A stretch of DNA of 60,381 bases from NCBI GenBank assembly GCA_937128475.1, contig CAKZML010000273.1, forward strand, positions 1 through 60,381. Direction: 5' to 3'. The position numbers were made by a program, and so were the translations under genes. This DNA comes from an uncultured Chromatiales bacterium. GTDB taxonomy: Bacteria > Pseudomonadota > Gammaproteobacteria > Steroidobacterales > BM003. Position 1 is the first letter of the stretch. Every line of letters begins with the position of its first letter. The notes beneath the pieces were generated by a model. The model worked only from the letters and a program-made list of their open reading frames with translations. It searched no databases and was not told the origin of the DNA. This document shows, piece after piece, positions 1 to 8,537 of this stretch.

Positions 1-330
1 CCGGGTTTCCACCATTCCCAGCAGGTCGTCCAACCCGGGCTCAGCATCCGGCACCTCGGCATCCGGCACCCGGTTCGCCCGCTCACCGAACAGATCAATA
101 TATCGCTCAGAGCGACGACCCATATTCATGACGCTGGCAAAATTGCCAGACGTGTTGGGCGCCCCGGAGAGCAGGTCCAGGGCAGCGGCAATAATTGAAA
201 CCGGGACGAGTATTACGTCGCGTAAACCGTCCACGAACAATTTGAACTGGAAAATCACCACCGTCCTGAGCAATCCCTTGCGACCGCCCTCTTCATCCAG
301 TGTTTTTCCGTCATCCCCGGTTTTCGGCAT
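1..330 (-). CDS. Conserved-looking hypothetical protein, 3' end runs off the window start (not in the ORF track)
   Basis: ATG at 330 with a GGAGG RBS upstream. Open frame reads MPKTGDDGKNTLDEEGGRKGLLRTVVIFQFKLFVDGLRDVILVPVSIIAAALDLLSG... to base 1 with no stop; one hydrophobic segment; divergent from hemH. Confidence 0.7.
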   Translation of the reverse strand, partial: MPKTGDDGKTLDEEGGRKGLLRTVVIFQFKLFVDGLRDVILVPVSIIAAALDLLSGAPNTSGNFASVMNMGRRSERYIDLFGERANRVPDAEVPDAEPGLDDLLGMVETR

Positions 331-453
331 CACTCTTCCTCCAGGTCTTTAGCCATCCTCTGCCAAAGCCGTAGATTTTGCTTTCAGTACTCACCCAGCG
401 ACCGGTGTCGGGTACAATCAGCGATCTGAGTAAGCAACATAACGATATCAATC

Positions 454-1551
454 ATGGCCTACACTGGTGACAAAGACTACCGCCACGGCAGCAAACAAAG
501 CCTGGGCATATTATTGGCAAACCTGGGAACTCCCGATGCGCCCACCACCTCGGCGGTGCGACGCTACCTGGCCGAGTTTCTCTGGGATGCCAGGGTTATT
601 GAAGTACCCCGACCCATCTGGTGGCTGGTACTGCATGGTGTGATTCTTCGCTTTCGTCCGCGGAAAAGCGCGGAAGCCTATCGAAAAGTCTGGACCGAGG
701 AGGGTTCCCCCCTGCTGGTTAATGGACGTCTTCTTCAGGAACAGCTGCAAAAGTCCATGGACGAGACCTTGCCCGGCACGGTGAAAGTGGAACTGGGTAT
801 GCGCTACGGAAGTCCGTCTATCGAAAGCGCCATGGAAGCCCTGCGCAAGGCCGGTTGCCGTCGCCTGCTGGTATTGCCCATGTACCCACAGTATTCAGCA
901 ACCACCAGCGCATCGATATTTGATGCCGTGTGGGATGTATTGCGCCAATGGCGCTGGGTGCCCGAAGTACGCACCATTAACCAATATCACGACGACCCGG
1001 GCTACATTGAGGCCCTGGCAAACTCGATCACCGAACACTGGGCCCGCAAGCCCCGGGGCGAACGCCTGCTGTTTTCATTCCACGGTGTACCCAAGCGCTA
1101 CATCACCAACGGCGACCCCTATTTCTGTCATTGCCAGAAGACCGCAAGACTGGTGGCGGAGAAGCTGGGACTGGGCAAGGATGAATGGTTCTTGAGCTTC
1201 CAGTCCCGGGTTGGTCGCGAAGAATGGCTGCGTCCCTATACCGACCACCAGGTGATGGCCTTTGGTGACCAGGGCATGAAAAATCTGGACGTGGTGTGTC
1301 CGGGCTTTGCGTCCGACTGCCTGGAGACACTGGAAGAAATCGCCATGCAGAATAACGAGTTCTTCCAGGAACACGGCGGCGACCAACTGCGTTACATCCC
1401 CGCCCTGAACGCCCGGGAAGACCATGCCCGCGCCCTGGCAAGGCTGGTGGTGCAACATGTTGGTGGCTGGCCCGAGGCCAGCAGCCCGGAAGATTCCGAT
1501 GCACTGAACACCTCTCGCGATCGTGCGCTGGAGATGGGTGCGGAGCGCTAG
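454..1551 (+). CDS. hemH: Ferrochelatase
   Basis: Motifs LLANLGTP, LGMRYG.PSI, LPMYPQYSATT, FSFHGVP, SFQSRVG..EWL.PYT and GFASDCLETLEEI. Confidence 0.97.
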   Translation: MAYTGDKDYRHGSKQSLGILLANLGTPDAPTTSAVRRYLAEFLWDARVIEVPRPIWWLVLHGVILRFRPRKSAEAYRKVWTEEGSPLLVNGRLLQEQLQKSMDETLPGTVKVELGMRYGSPSIESAMEALRKAGCRRLLVLPMYPQYSATTSASIFDAVWDVLRQWRWVPEVRTINQYHDDPGYIEALANSITEHWARKPRGERLLFSFHGVPKRYITNGDPYFCHCQKTARLVAEKLGLGKDEWFLSFQSRVGREEWLRPYTDHQVMAFGDQGMKNLDVVCPGFASDCLETLEEIAMQNNEFFQEHGGDQLRYIPALNAREDHARALARLVVQHVGGWPEASSPEDSDALNTSRDRALEMGAER

Positions 1552-1553
1552 TC

Positions 1554-2285
1554 TTGATCGGGCGCTTTCTGGAAATCAGCATCGAGACACCGGACATCCT
1601 GGCCTCCATGGAGTTTTACCAGGGCCTGGGAATGCTATCCGCCACGGTGGGTGAAGTGTGGCCCCATCGCTACGGCGTGGTGACCGACGGTAACCTGGTC
1701 CTGGGCTTGCACGATTACAGTTTTGAATCGCCCTCACTGACCTATGTACGCCCGGAACTGAGAAAGAGCCTGCCGGAACTCCAGGCCCGTGCAGGTTCCC
1801 TGGCGTTTTCAAAAACCGATGATGACGAATTTAACGAAGCTGGATTTACCGACCCGGATGGCCAGATGATTGCGGTGCTTGAGGCCCGCACATTTTCACC
1901 ACCGGAGATCGCCGGTTCAGACATCACCGCGCTGGGACACTTCTCTGAATTCAGCTTGCCGGTGACCCGCCTGGACGCATCCATCACCTTCTGGGAAAAC
2001 ATGGGCTTCGTGCTCACCGATCGTGAAGAGGAGGGTCTTGAAGGCGCCTGTTTAACCAGCGACTTCCTGAACCTGGGCTTGTATGTGAACCCACGAATGC
2101 GCGTCCCCGGCCTGACCTTCAGGGAGCCGGACATGGCCGAACGTATCGAATATGTCAGGGCCCAGGGCTACCGGCTTATCCAGGGCACGCCGATTTCACG
2201 GGAACGCCATGCAGGGGCCACCTTGATTGCCCCCGAGGGCACGCCCATATATCTGCTGCCGGAGCTCACCGATCAGGAAACCTGA
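1554..2285 (+). CDS. VOC/glyoxalase-fold protein with two tandem domains
   Basis: TTG start 2 nt after the hemH stop. Two similar halves (GRFLEISIETPDILASMEFYQGLG and GHFSEFSLPVTRLDASITFWENMG), ending in the VOC-type motifs FTDPDG and LIAPEG. Confidence 0.75.
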   Translation: MIGRFLEISIETPDILASMEFYQGLGMLSATVGEVWPHRYGVVTDGNLVLGLHDYSFESPSLTYVRPELRKSLPELQARAGSLAFSKTDDDEFNEAGFTDPDGQMIAVLEARTFSPPEIAGSDITALGHFSEFSLPVTRLDASITFWENMGFVLTDREEEGLEGACLTSDFLNLGLYVNPRMRVPGLTFREPDMAERIEYVRAQGYRLIQGTPISRERHAGATLIAPEGTPIYLLPELTDQET

Positions 2286-3154
2286 TCAAGCAACTCCCTG
2301 ATCCGGCCATGGGCATCGCGCCCGTAACCGCCGCCGAACAGATTGGCGTGATTCAAAACATGATAAAGCTGGTAAAGGTTGCGACGTGCTTCCCAGCCTG
2401 GCGATAGCGGCCACTCTGACTCGTAGGCCTGGTAAAAATCCCGACCGAATCCGCCAAACAAACCCGTCATGGCCAGGTCTGTTTCACGGTCGCCGTAATA
2501 CACCGCGGGATCAAATATTACCGGCTCGCCGTTATCCATGCGGCCCTGGTTACCCGCCCACAGGTCACCATGGAGCAAAGACGGTACCGGCTGGTAACCC
2601 TCAAAGAAGCTAGCCAGTGATTCCATCAGTTGCCGGCCGTCGGCCAGTAAGAATCCGAATCCGTTATCAGCCGCCAAGCGCAACTGAAATCCCATCCGTT
2701 GTTCACGAAAGAAGTCGATCCAGTTTTCCGTCCAGGGGTTGGGCTGGGGTGTGCTGCCAATGAAATTATCCCGGGTGAAACCAAACGCCTTGCCGGTATG
2801 ACGATGCAGTGCCGCCAGCCCCTTGCCCAGGCTGTCATCGCCAATCCCACCCGGGCCGGTCAGATCCAGCCATTCCAGCAGCAAGTAGGCCTTCTGATGC
2901 GCCTCTGCGCAGCCCAACACCCTGGGCACCCGTAGAGTACTGGTAGCAGCCAGCGCCTCCAGGCCCATGGCTTCGGCTTCAAATCCTGCCAGTTGGTCTG
3001 GTGTATTCAGCTTCATGAACACCGCGCCTGAATCCCCCTGCAGGCGGTAGGCATGGTGAATACTTCCACCGCCAATTTGGCGAACATTGTCCGGCAACAG
3101 GCGAAGGCCGGTCTGCTCGCCTATCTGGTGCAACAGTTCGCCCCAGTCAGTCAT
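2273..3154 (-). CDS. Fructosamine kinase family protein
   Basis: Motifs GGGSIH, FEAEA.GL, DNFIGSTPQ.N, PSLLHGDLWAGN, IFDPA.YYGDRE.DLAM and LYQLYH.LNHANLFG. Confidence 0.93.
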   Translation of the reverse strand: MTDWGELLHQIGEQTGLRLLPDNVRQIGGGSIHHAYRLQGDSGAVFMKLNTPDQLAGFEAEAMGLEALAATSTLRVPRVLGCAEAHQKAYLLLEWLDLTGPGGIGDDSLGKGLAALHRHTGKAFGFTRDNFIGSTPQPNPWTENWIDFFREQRMGFQLRLAADNGFGFLLADGRQLMESLASFFEGYQPVPSLLHGDLWAGNQGRMDNGEPVIFDPAVYYGDRETDLAMTGLFGGFGRDFYQAYESEWPLSPGWEARRNLYQLYHVLNHANLFGGGYGRDAHGRIRELLDQVS

Positions 3155-4059
3155 GGCCCCGGGGGTTCCCCGGCGTAGGCAGCATGCAGGGCTTCGGAGC
3201 GTCGACGTAATCGTCCGCCCAAGCCCGCCTCATCCAGGACCTCCAGCAAGAGTTCGAGATTCGGTGCGCTTCGCGCCACGTTTACTCCTTCCAGGGGCAT
3301 ATCATCGGCGATGACTGTCAGGCGCCGGGCCAGCATCGCATCCTCTTTGTGCTGACTGAGCTTGTCGAAAATTCTCGCCGCGCCACGCAAGGGTAGTTCC
3401 TTCACCCGGGGCAGGTCCTGGTAAAGATGTTCGAGGCTTTCAAATTCCGTGAGCAACACCGTCGCGGTTTTCTTGCCCACACCGGGAACCCCGGGGATGT
3501 TATCCACCGGGTCGCCAGTCAGCGCCAGGAAGTCAGCCATGCGTTCCGGCAGCACACCGAAAGCATCGGCAATCTGCCCATAGGCCAGGCGCCGGCGGCC
3601 AGAGTAATCCCAGAATTCATCGCCCGGTTTCAAGACCTGGGTCAGGTCCTTGTCCCGGGTCACCACCACGCAGGACCGTCCCTGTTCTCGCTGCAACCGA
3701 GCCAGGGTACCGATAATGTCATCGGCCTCGTAACGCGGGCTGGCCATCTCTGAAATACCCAGGGCCGCGGTGAATCGACGGCAAAGCCCAAACTGGGCTT
3801 CCAGTTCTGGCGGCGGCAATTCTCGATTCGCCTTGTAGGCGGGGAAAATTTCATTGCGGTACGAACTGGTGAGACTCTCATCGAACGCCACCGCCATATT
3901 GATCGGTTTCTCTTCGTCGATCACATCCAGCAGGAATCCGGCATAACCATAAAAGGCATTCACGGGCATTCCACCGGGGCCGGTCATGGCATCAGAAATT
4001 GAAAACCAGGCCCGGAATATCCAGACGCTTGCGTCAATCAGGTAAACAGCTTGGGACAC
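3151..4059 (-). CDS. Stand-alone 5'-3' exonuclease / flap endonuclease (PolA N-terminal-like, Xni/ExoIX family)
   Basis: Motifs LIDAS..IFRA, VAFD, YKANR, EADDIIGTLA, TRDKDL.Q and LTGD..DNIPGVPGVGKKTA; no polymerase domain. Confidence 0.92.
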   Translation of the reverse strand: MSQAVYLIDASVWIFRAWFSISDAMTGPGGMPVNAFYGYAGFLLDVIDEEKPINMAVAFDESLTSSYRNEIFPAYKANRELPPPELEAQFGLCRRFTAALGISEMASPRYEADDIIGTLARLQREQGRSCVVVTRDKDLTQVLKPGDEFWDYSGRRRLAYGQIADAFGVLPERMADFLALTGDPVDNIPGVPGVGKKTATVLLTEFESLEHLYQDLPRVKELPLRGAARIFDKLSQHKEDAMLARRLTVIADDMPLEGVNVARSAPNLELLLEVLDEAGLGGRLRRRSEALHAAYAGEPPGP

Positions 4060-4065
4060 GGGTTC

Positions 4066-4677
4066 TCAGTAATGTCTGGAAAGCTCTCCGGCGAGCCTTG
4101 CGTGCAAGGGACTGCTGCGCGGGAAGTGGGCCAGCAGATACTCCATCTGATCAGCCAGTACACGGCGACCTTTAAGGAAAATGTATTCGGCATAGGTTGG
4201 CCGAAATGGAACCGCCAGCAACTGGGTACAGGCTTGTTCGGGTGTGCGTCCTGCCTTGTAATTATTGCAACTGCGACAGGCTGTCACCACGTTGGTCCAG
4301 ACATTTCTCCCACCCTGGCTGATGGGCTTGACGTGGTCGCAGGAGAGTTGATCGTCAGAGAATTTTTCACCGCAATACAGACACAAATGAGCATCACGCC
4401 TGAAGAGAGTGATGTTGTTCAACGGCGGAACATAATCGGAACGCAACCGGGCCTGGATCTGGTGGGTTCCACGGGTAGCGATAATGCTATTGATTTCCAC
4501 CACACTGTGCTTGCCGGTGTGAGCATTTACTCCGCCATGTAGCACGTACAGGGGAGTTCCACAGGCATAGACTACCTGCTCGGTATGATAAAGGCGTACA
4601 GCATCCCGGTAGTCCACCCACTCCAGTGGCATCCCGGCCATGTCGGTACGCAATACTTCTTGCGATAAATTTTGCAC
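4066..4677 (-). CDS. HNH endonuclease
   Basis: LFRRD..LCLYCG, DHVKP.SQGG...WTNVVTACRSCNNYK (Zn-binding CxxC pairs plus HNH core). Confidence 0.9.
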   Translation of the reverse strand: MQNLSQEVLRTDMAGMPLEWVDYRDAVRLYHTEQVVYACGTPLYVLHGGVNAHTGKHSVVEINSIIATRGTHQIQARLRSDYVPPLNNITLFRRDAHLCLYCGEKFSDDQLSCDHVKPISQGGRNVWTNVVTACRSCNNYKAGRTPEQACTQLLAVPFRPTYAEYIFLKGRRVLADQMEYLLAHFPRSSPLHARLAGELSRHY

Positions 4678-4774
4678 TCTGTGTGCCCGACGGGTGTTTA
4701 GCTACCCCAAGTGTCGGCATTTGCCACAGCATATGCAAGAGGGTGGGGCAGAAACGCCCCGGTCGGCAGATGCA

Positions 4775-4810
4775 AGCTACGCTACAGCGAGAAGACGCTG
4801 CAGCGTAGCT
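4775..4810 (-). terminator. Strong hairpin just downstream of pntB (terminator or mRNA-stabilising stem)
   Basis: AGCTACGCTACAGCG-AGAAGA-CGCTGCAGCGTAGCT. This is a 15-bp stem with one G-U pair on the minus strand, and no long U-tract. Confidence 0.5.
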
Positions 4811-4817
4811 GCTGTTG

Positions 4818-6218
4818 TTACAGTGCTTTGAGCACCTCGTCCAGCGTCTCTTTCGCGTCGCCAAACAACATCCGGGTGTTCTCTTCAAAGAACAGCGGAT
4901 TTTGCACACCCGCATAACCGGTGGCCATACTGCGCTTGAGTACGATGGAGACCTTGCCTTTCCAGCACTCAAGTACCGGCATGCCGGCGATGGGGCTGTT
5001 GGGATCGGTAAGAGCAGACGGGTTCACGATGTCGTTCGCGCCGATAACCACCGACACATCAACCTTCGGGAAGTCCTCGTTGATTTCTTCCATCTCGAAG
5101 ACGATGTCATAAGGCACTTTGGCCTCGGCCAGCAACACGTTCATATGGCCGGGCATCCGACCAGCGACCGGATGGATACCGAATCGAACATTGACGCCCT
5201 TGGCACGAAGCGCCTTGGTGATTTCAAAAACCGTATGCTGTGCCTGGGCGACGGCCATACCGTAACCCGGGATAATCATGACTTCCTTGGCGTTGGCCAG
5301 CAGCTCGGCGGTTTCCTGGGTATCAATAGGAACGACCTCACCCTGTTCCTCGCCCTCAACTGCTGCTGCCGCCTTGCCACCACCGGTACCAAAGCCACCG
5401 GCGATAACGGCAATGAACTTGCGGTTCATGGCACGGCACATGATGTAACTCAGGATTGCACCACTGGAGCCAACCAGCGCACCGGTGACGATCAACAGAT
5501 CGTTACCCAGCATGAAGCCGGTTGCTGATGCAGCCCAGCCAGAGTAGCTGTTAAGCATCGACACAACGACCGGCATGTCAGCACCACCAATCGCCATCAC
5601 CATGTGTATGCCGAACAACAGGGCAATACCGGTCATGATCATCAGCGGTGCAAAACCTGCGCCAGCGGCAGACTGGATCACAAACTCACGGCCGAACCAG
5701 ATAGCACCCAGCAAGAGTAAAAGGTTGAACCAGTGGCGCCCGGGCAGGGTAAGCGGGCTACCACCAATGCGTCCGGAGAGCTTGCCAAAGGCGATGATCG
5801 AACCCGAGAACGTCACGGCGCCGATCAGGATGCCCAGGTAGGTTTCGATGTCGTGAATGGTTTTCTCTACACCGGCAAGCTCGGATGTATGGTCCATGAA
5901 ACTCACGTAACCCACAGCGACTGCGGCAAGACCCACGAGACTGTGCAAGATGGCAACCAGCTCGGGCATATCAGTCATTTTCACGCGACGCGCGAGGACG
6001 ATACCAATGCTGCCGCCTACCAGGAGCGCGACCATCAAGATCACGTAATTCTGGGTCACCACTCCAAGCACCGTTGCGACCAGTGCAATCACCATGCCGC
6101 TGATGCCATACCAGTTACCGCGGCGTGCGGTCTCCTGGTTGGAAAGGCCACCCAGGGCCAGGATAAACAGGACCGTCGCAGCGATATACGACACAGTTAC
6201 AATTCCACTACTAATCAT
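4818..6218 (-). CDS. pntB: NAD(P)+ transhydrogenase subunit beta
   Basis: Motifs [68 protein letters not shown] and GANDIVNP. Confidence 0.98.
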   Translation of the reverse strand: MISSGIVTVSYIAATVLFILALGGLSNQETARRGNWYGISGMVIALVATVLGVVTQNYVILMVALLVGGSIGIVLARRVKMTDMPELVAILHSLVGLAAVAVGYVSFMDHTSELAGVEKTIHDIETYLGILIGAVTFSGSIIAFGKLSGRIGGSPLTLPGRHWFNLLLLLGAIWFGREFVIQSAAGAGFAPLMIMTGIALLFGIHMVMAIGGADMPVVVSMLNSYSGWAASATGFMLGNDLLIVTGALVGSSGAILSYIMCRAMNRKFIAVIAGGFGTGGGKAAAAVEGEEQGEVVPIDTQETAELLANAKEVMIIPGYGMAVAQAQHTVFEITKALRAKGVNVRFGIHPVAGRMPGHMNVLLAEAKVPYDIVFEMEEINEDFPKVDVSVVIGANDIVNPSALTDPNSPIAGMPVLECWKGKVSIVLKRSMATGYAGVQNPLFFEENTRMLFGDAKETLDEVLKAL

Positions 6219-6225
6219 GTCGTTC

Positions 6226-7761
6226 TCACTTCCTGAACATTTCGAGCATGCGACGTGTTACGGCGAATCCGCCTGCGATATTGATGCTCGTTATCAATAC
6301 CGTTGCTGCAGCTATCCACATTGTCACGGTGTCCGTTGCACTAATCTGCATTAGCGCGCCGATCACGATGATGCTTGAAATCGCGTTGGTTACGCTCATC
6401 AAGGGCGTGTGCAGCGATGCCGACACATTCCAGATCACCATGTAGCCGACGAAGCATGCCAGCACGAACACCGTAAAGTGCGCCATGAAATCAGGCGGTG
6501 CCACGGCACCCAGACCCAGTAACGCGGCCGCAGCGATAATTACGCCAATAATCGGACCCGCCTTTGACGGTGGTTTTTTCTCAACAACAACAGGCTCCGG
6601 GGCAGGCTTGGTCTTTTTCGGTGCCGCCGAGAGCTTCGGTGCCGGCGGCGGCCAGGTGGTCTCGCCAGCCTTGCAAACTGTCGCGCCGCGAATCAGCTCG
6701 TCGTCCATATCCACGACGATGTTGCCGTCTTTTTCAGGAGTCAGGTCGGTGAGCAGGTGACGCAGGTTGGTCGCGTACAACTGGCTGGACTGTGCAGCCA
6801 GTCGGCTGGGCAGGTCGGTGTAACCAATGATTGTTACGCCATTGGCCTTGGCAACCTTGCCAGGCTCGGTCAGTTCGCAGTTACCGCCTTGCTCTGCGGC
6901 CAGGTCAACGATGACGCTGCCGTCCTTCATGGAGCTAACCATTTCCGCCGTGATCAGTCGCGGCGCTGGTTTGCCCGGGATCAGTGCGGTGGTAACAATG
7001 ATGTCGACGTCTTTTGCCTGTTCAGCGAACAGGGCCATTTCGGCCTCGATGAACTCGGCGCTCATGGTCTTGGCGTAACCGCCTTCGCCAGAGCCGTCCT
7101 CGTCCTTGAAGTCGAGCATAAGGAATTCGGCATTCATGCTCTCGACCTGTTCCTTCACCTCGGGGCGAGTGTCAAAGGCGCGAACGATCGCACCCATGCT
7201 GTTCGCGGCACCGATGGCAGCAAGGCCGGCAACGCCTGCACCGATCACGAGGACCTTGGCGGGGGGCACCTTGCCTGCGGCCGTGATCTGACCAGTGAAG
7301 AAGCGACCGAAGTGCTGGGCGGCCTCGACGATTGCGCGGTAACCCGCGATGTTCGCCATGGAACTCAGGGCATCCGCTTTCTGCGCACGTGAAATACGCG
7401 GCACGCTGTCCATTGCCAGCACGGTGGCGCCACTGTCGCTCAGCAGTTTCAGCATTTCGGGGTTCTGGGCCGGCCAGAGGAAACTGATAAGCGTCTTGCC
7501 AGCGGTAAGCCGGGAAGCTTCTTCTCGCTCCGGACCTCTGACCTTCATAATAATGTCGGCCTGGGACCAGACTTCGTCAGCCCCGGCGACGATCTCGCAG
7601 CCTGCGGCGCGATAAGCATCATCCGAGTAGTTCGCCTCGGCGCCAGCGCCAGACTCTACAAGAACGCTAAATCCGAGCTTTTGTAGCTGCCCGACAACGT
7701 CAGGTGTCGTCGCAACGCGTCGCTCACCCGCAAAAATCTCTTTCGGTACACCGATTTTCAT
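6226..7761 (-). CDS. pntA: NAD(P)+ transhydrogenase subunit alpha (single-chain type)
   Basis: Motifs MKIGVPKE...[42 protein letters not shown] and C-terminal membrane segment [13 protein letters not shown]. Confidence 0.98.
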   Translation of the reverse strand: MKIGVPKEIFAGERRVATTPDVVGQLQKLGFSVLVESGAGAEANYSDDAYRAAGCEIVAGADEVWSQADIIMKVRGPEREEASRLTAGKTLISFLWPAQNPEMLKLLSDSGATVLAMDSVPRISRAQKADALSSMANIAGYRAIVEAAQHFGRFFTGQITAAGKVPPAKVLVIGAGVAGLAAIGAANSMGAIVRAFDTRPEVKEQVESMNAEFLMLDFKDEDGSGEGGYAKTMSAEFIEAEMALFAEQAKDVDIIVTTALIPGKPAPRLITAEMVSSMKDGSVIVDLAAEQGGNCELTEPGKVAKANGVTIIGYTDLPSRLAAQSSQLYATNLRHLLTDLTPEKDGNIVVDMDDELIRGATVCKAGETTWPPPAPKLSAAPKKTKPAPEPVVVEKKPPSKAGPIIGVIIAAAALLGLGAVAPPDFMAHFTVFVLACFVGYMVIWNVSASLHTPLMSVTNAISSIIVIGALMQISATDTVTMWIAAATVLITSINIAGGFAVTRRMLEMFRK

Positions 7762-8150
7762 TCGTAAGTCTCCATTTGGATCGCGGCAGTCTAACCGAAC
7801 GGCCCTCGGGTCTGCAAAGACGGAAAGTAGGCACTTTGGTAAGTGATTTACGAAGCAGAAGCCTTACATCGGGCCCCTCGCCGGCCACTTAATGAGTTCA
7901 CATAGAACTGGATGTGATCAATGCAAAACTCCAGGCCGGCAAGCCGGCCCTGGTCATCGATGCCAACCGTGGGGCCAAACCAATGGCCAGCAGCGGCTAC
8001 ACCTGACCGATCAGTGCACTGCCTGACCCCACTCCGGTTTGCTCTGGGCGATGGTCAAAAATGGAGCGTCGGACCTCATCCACCTGGGTGGGAAATCCTG
8101 GGCAAGCCCTCCGATCTCTACCCCCTGGAGAGGCGACTGGTCTTGCGCCC

Positions 8151-8191
8151 AACGCCTGCCGCGGCCACAGTGTCACGGCAGGCGTTTCTTT
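8151..8191 (+). terminator. Rho-independent terminator with no annotated + strand gene upstream
   Basis: AACGCCTGCCG (8151-8161) pairs with CGGCAGGCGTT (8176-8186), followed by TCTTT. Confidence 0.6.
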
Positions 8192-8376
8192 CGGCCCATG
8201 AATACCCGCGAGAACATTGACTCGCGGCCCGAAATAGCCGATTTTGCCGGCCTCTGGATGGATTTTGGCAAGGTCTAATTTCATCTTTGGTCTTGGCAAT
8301 TATGAATTTTATGCACATTACTGAAAATTTAAGTGTATTTTGCATGCAACTGAAGACTGACTCTTGGAAAGATTCA

Positions 8377-8423
8377 TAACTTATTGTTTTATATATAGTA
8401 TTAACTTCGCTCACTTTTTAACC
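8377..8423. promoter_or_regulatory. IHF-like and Fis-like sites in an AT-rich tract
   Basis: 8377-8389 reverse complement AAACAATAAGTTA is 1 mismatch from IHF consensus WATCAANNNNTTR. 8409-8423 GCTCACTTTTTAACC is 1 mismatch from Fis consensus GNTYAWWWWWTRANC. Confidence 0.5.
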
Positions 8424-8473
8424 AATCTGTAACAACCCCACTGATACAAGCCAGGAACCCCCTTTGTCCCAAG

Positions 8474-8508
8474 TCATCCACAGAGTTATCCACAGGAACT
8501 GTGGACAA
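8474..8508. promoter_or_regulatory. Cluster of three DnaA boxes (DARS-like core)
   Basis: TCATCCACA (8474-8482), 3 bp, perfect TTATCCACA (8486-8494), 5 bp, inverted TGTGGACAA (8500-8508). Confidence 0.8.
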
Positions 8509-8537
8509 AACCGACGCCGCCAGGGGGCCGATGGCCG

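Noticed and set aside
4066-4677. HNH gene as a homing endonuclease, intron or mobile element
   Set aside because: It interrupts no gene, shows no flanking repeats or intron features, and is tightly coupled to housekeeping-like genes.
7921-8414. Short ORFs (79-100 aa) in the pntA-priA gap
   Set aside because: No recognisable motifs or RBS; they overlap each other and run through a terminator hairpin or the AT-rich tract.
8276-8510. oriC
   Set aside because: Only three DnaA boxes, no GATC clustering or clear 13-mer repeats, and no dnaA/gidA/rpmH nearby. The geometry fits a DARS better, although oriC cannot be fully excluded without whole-genome skew.
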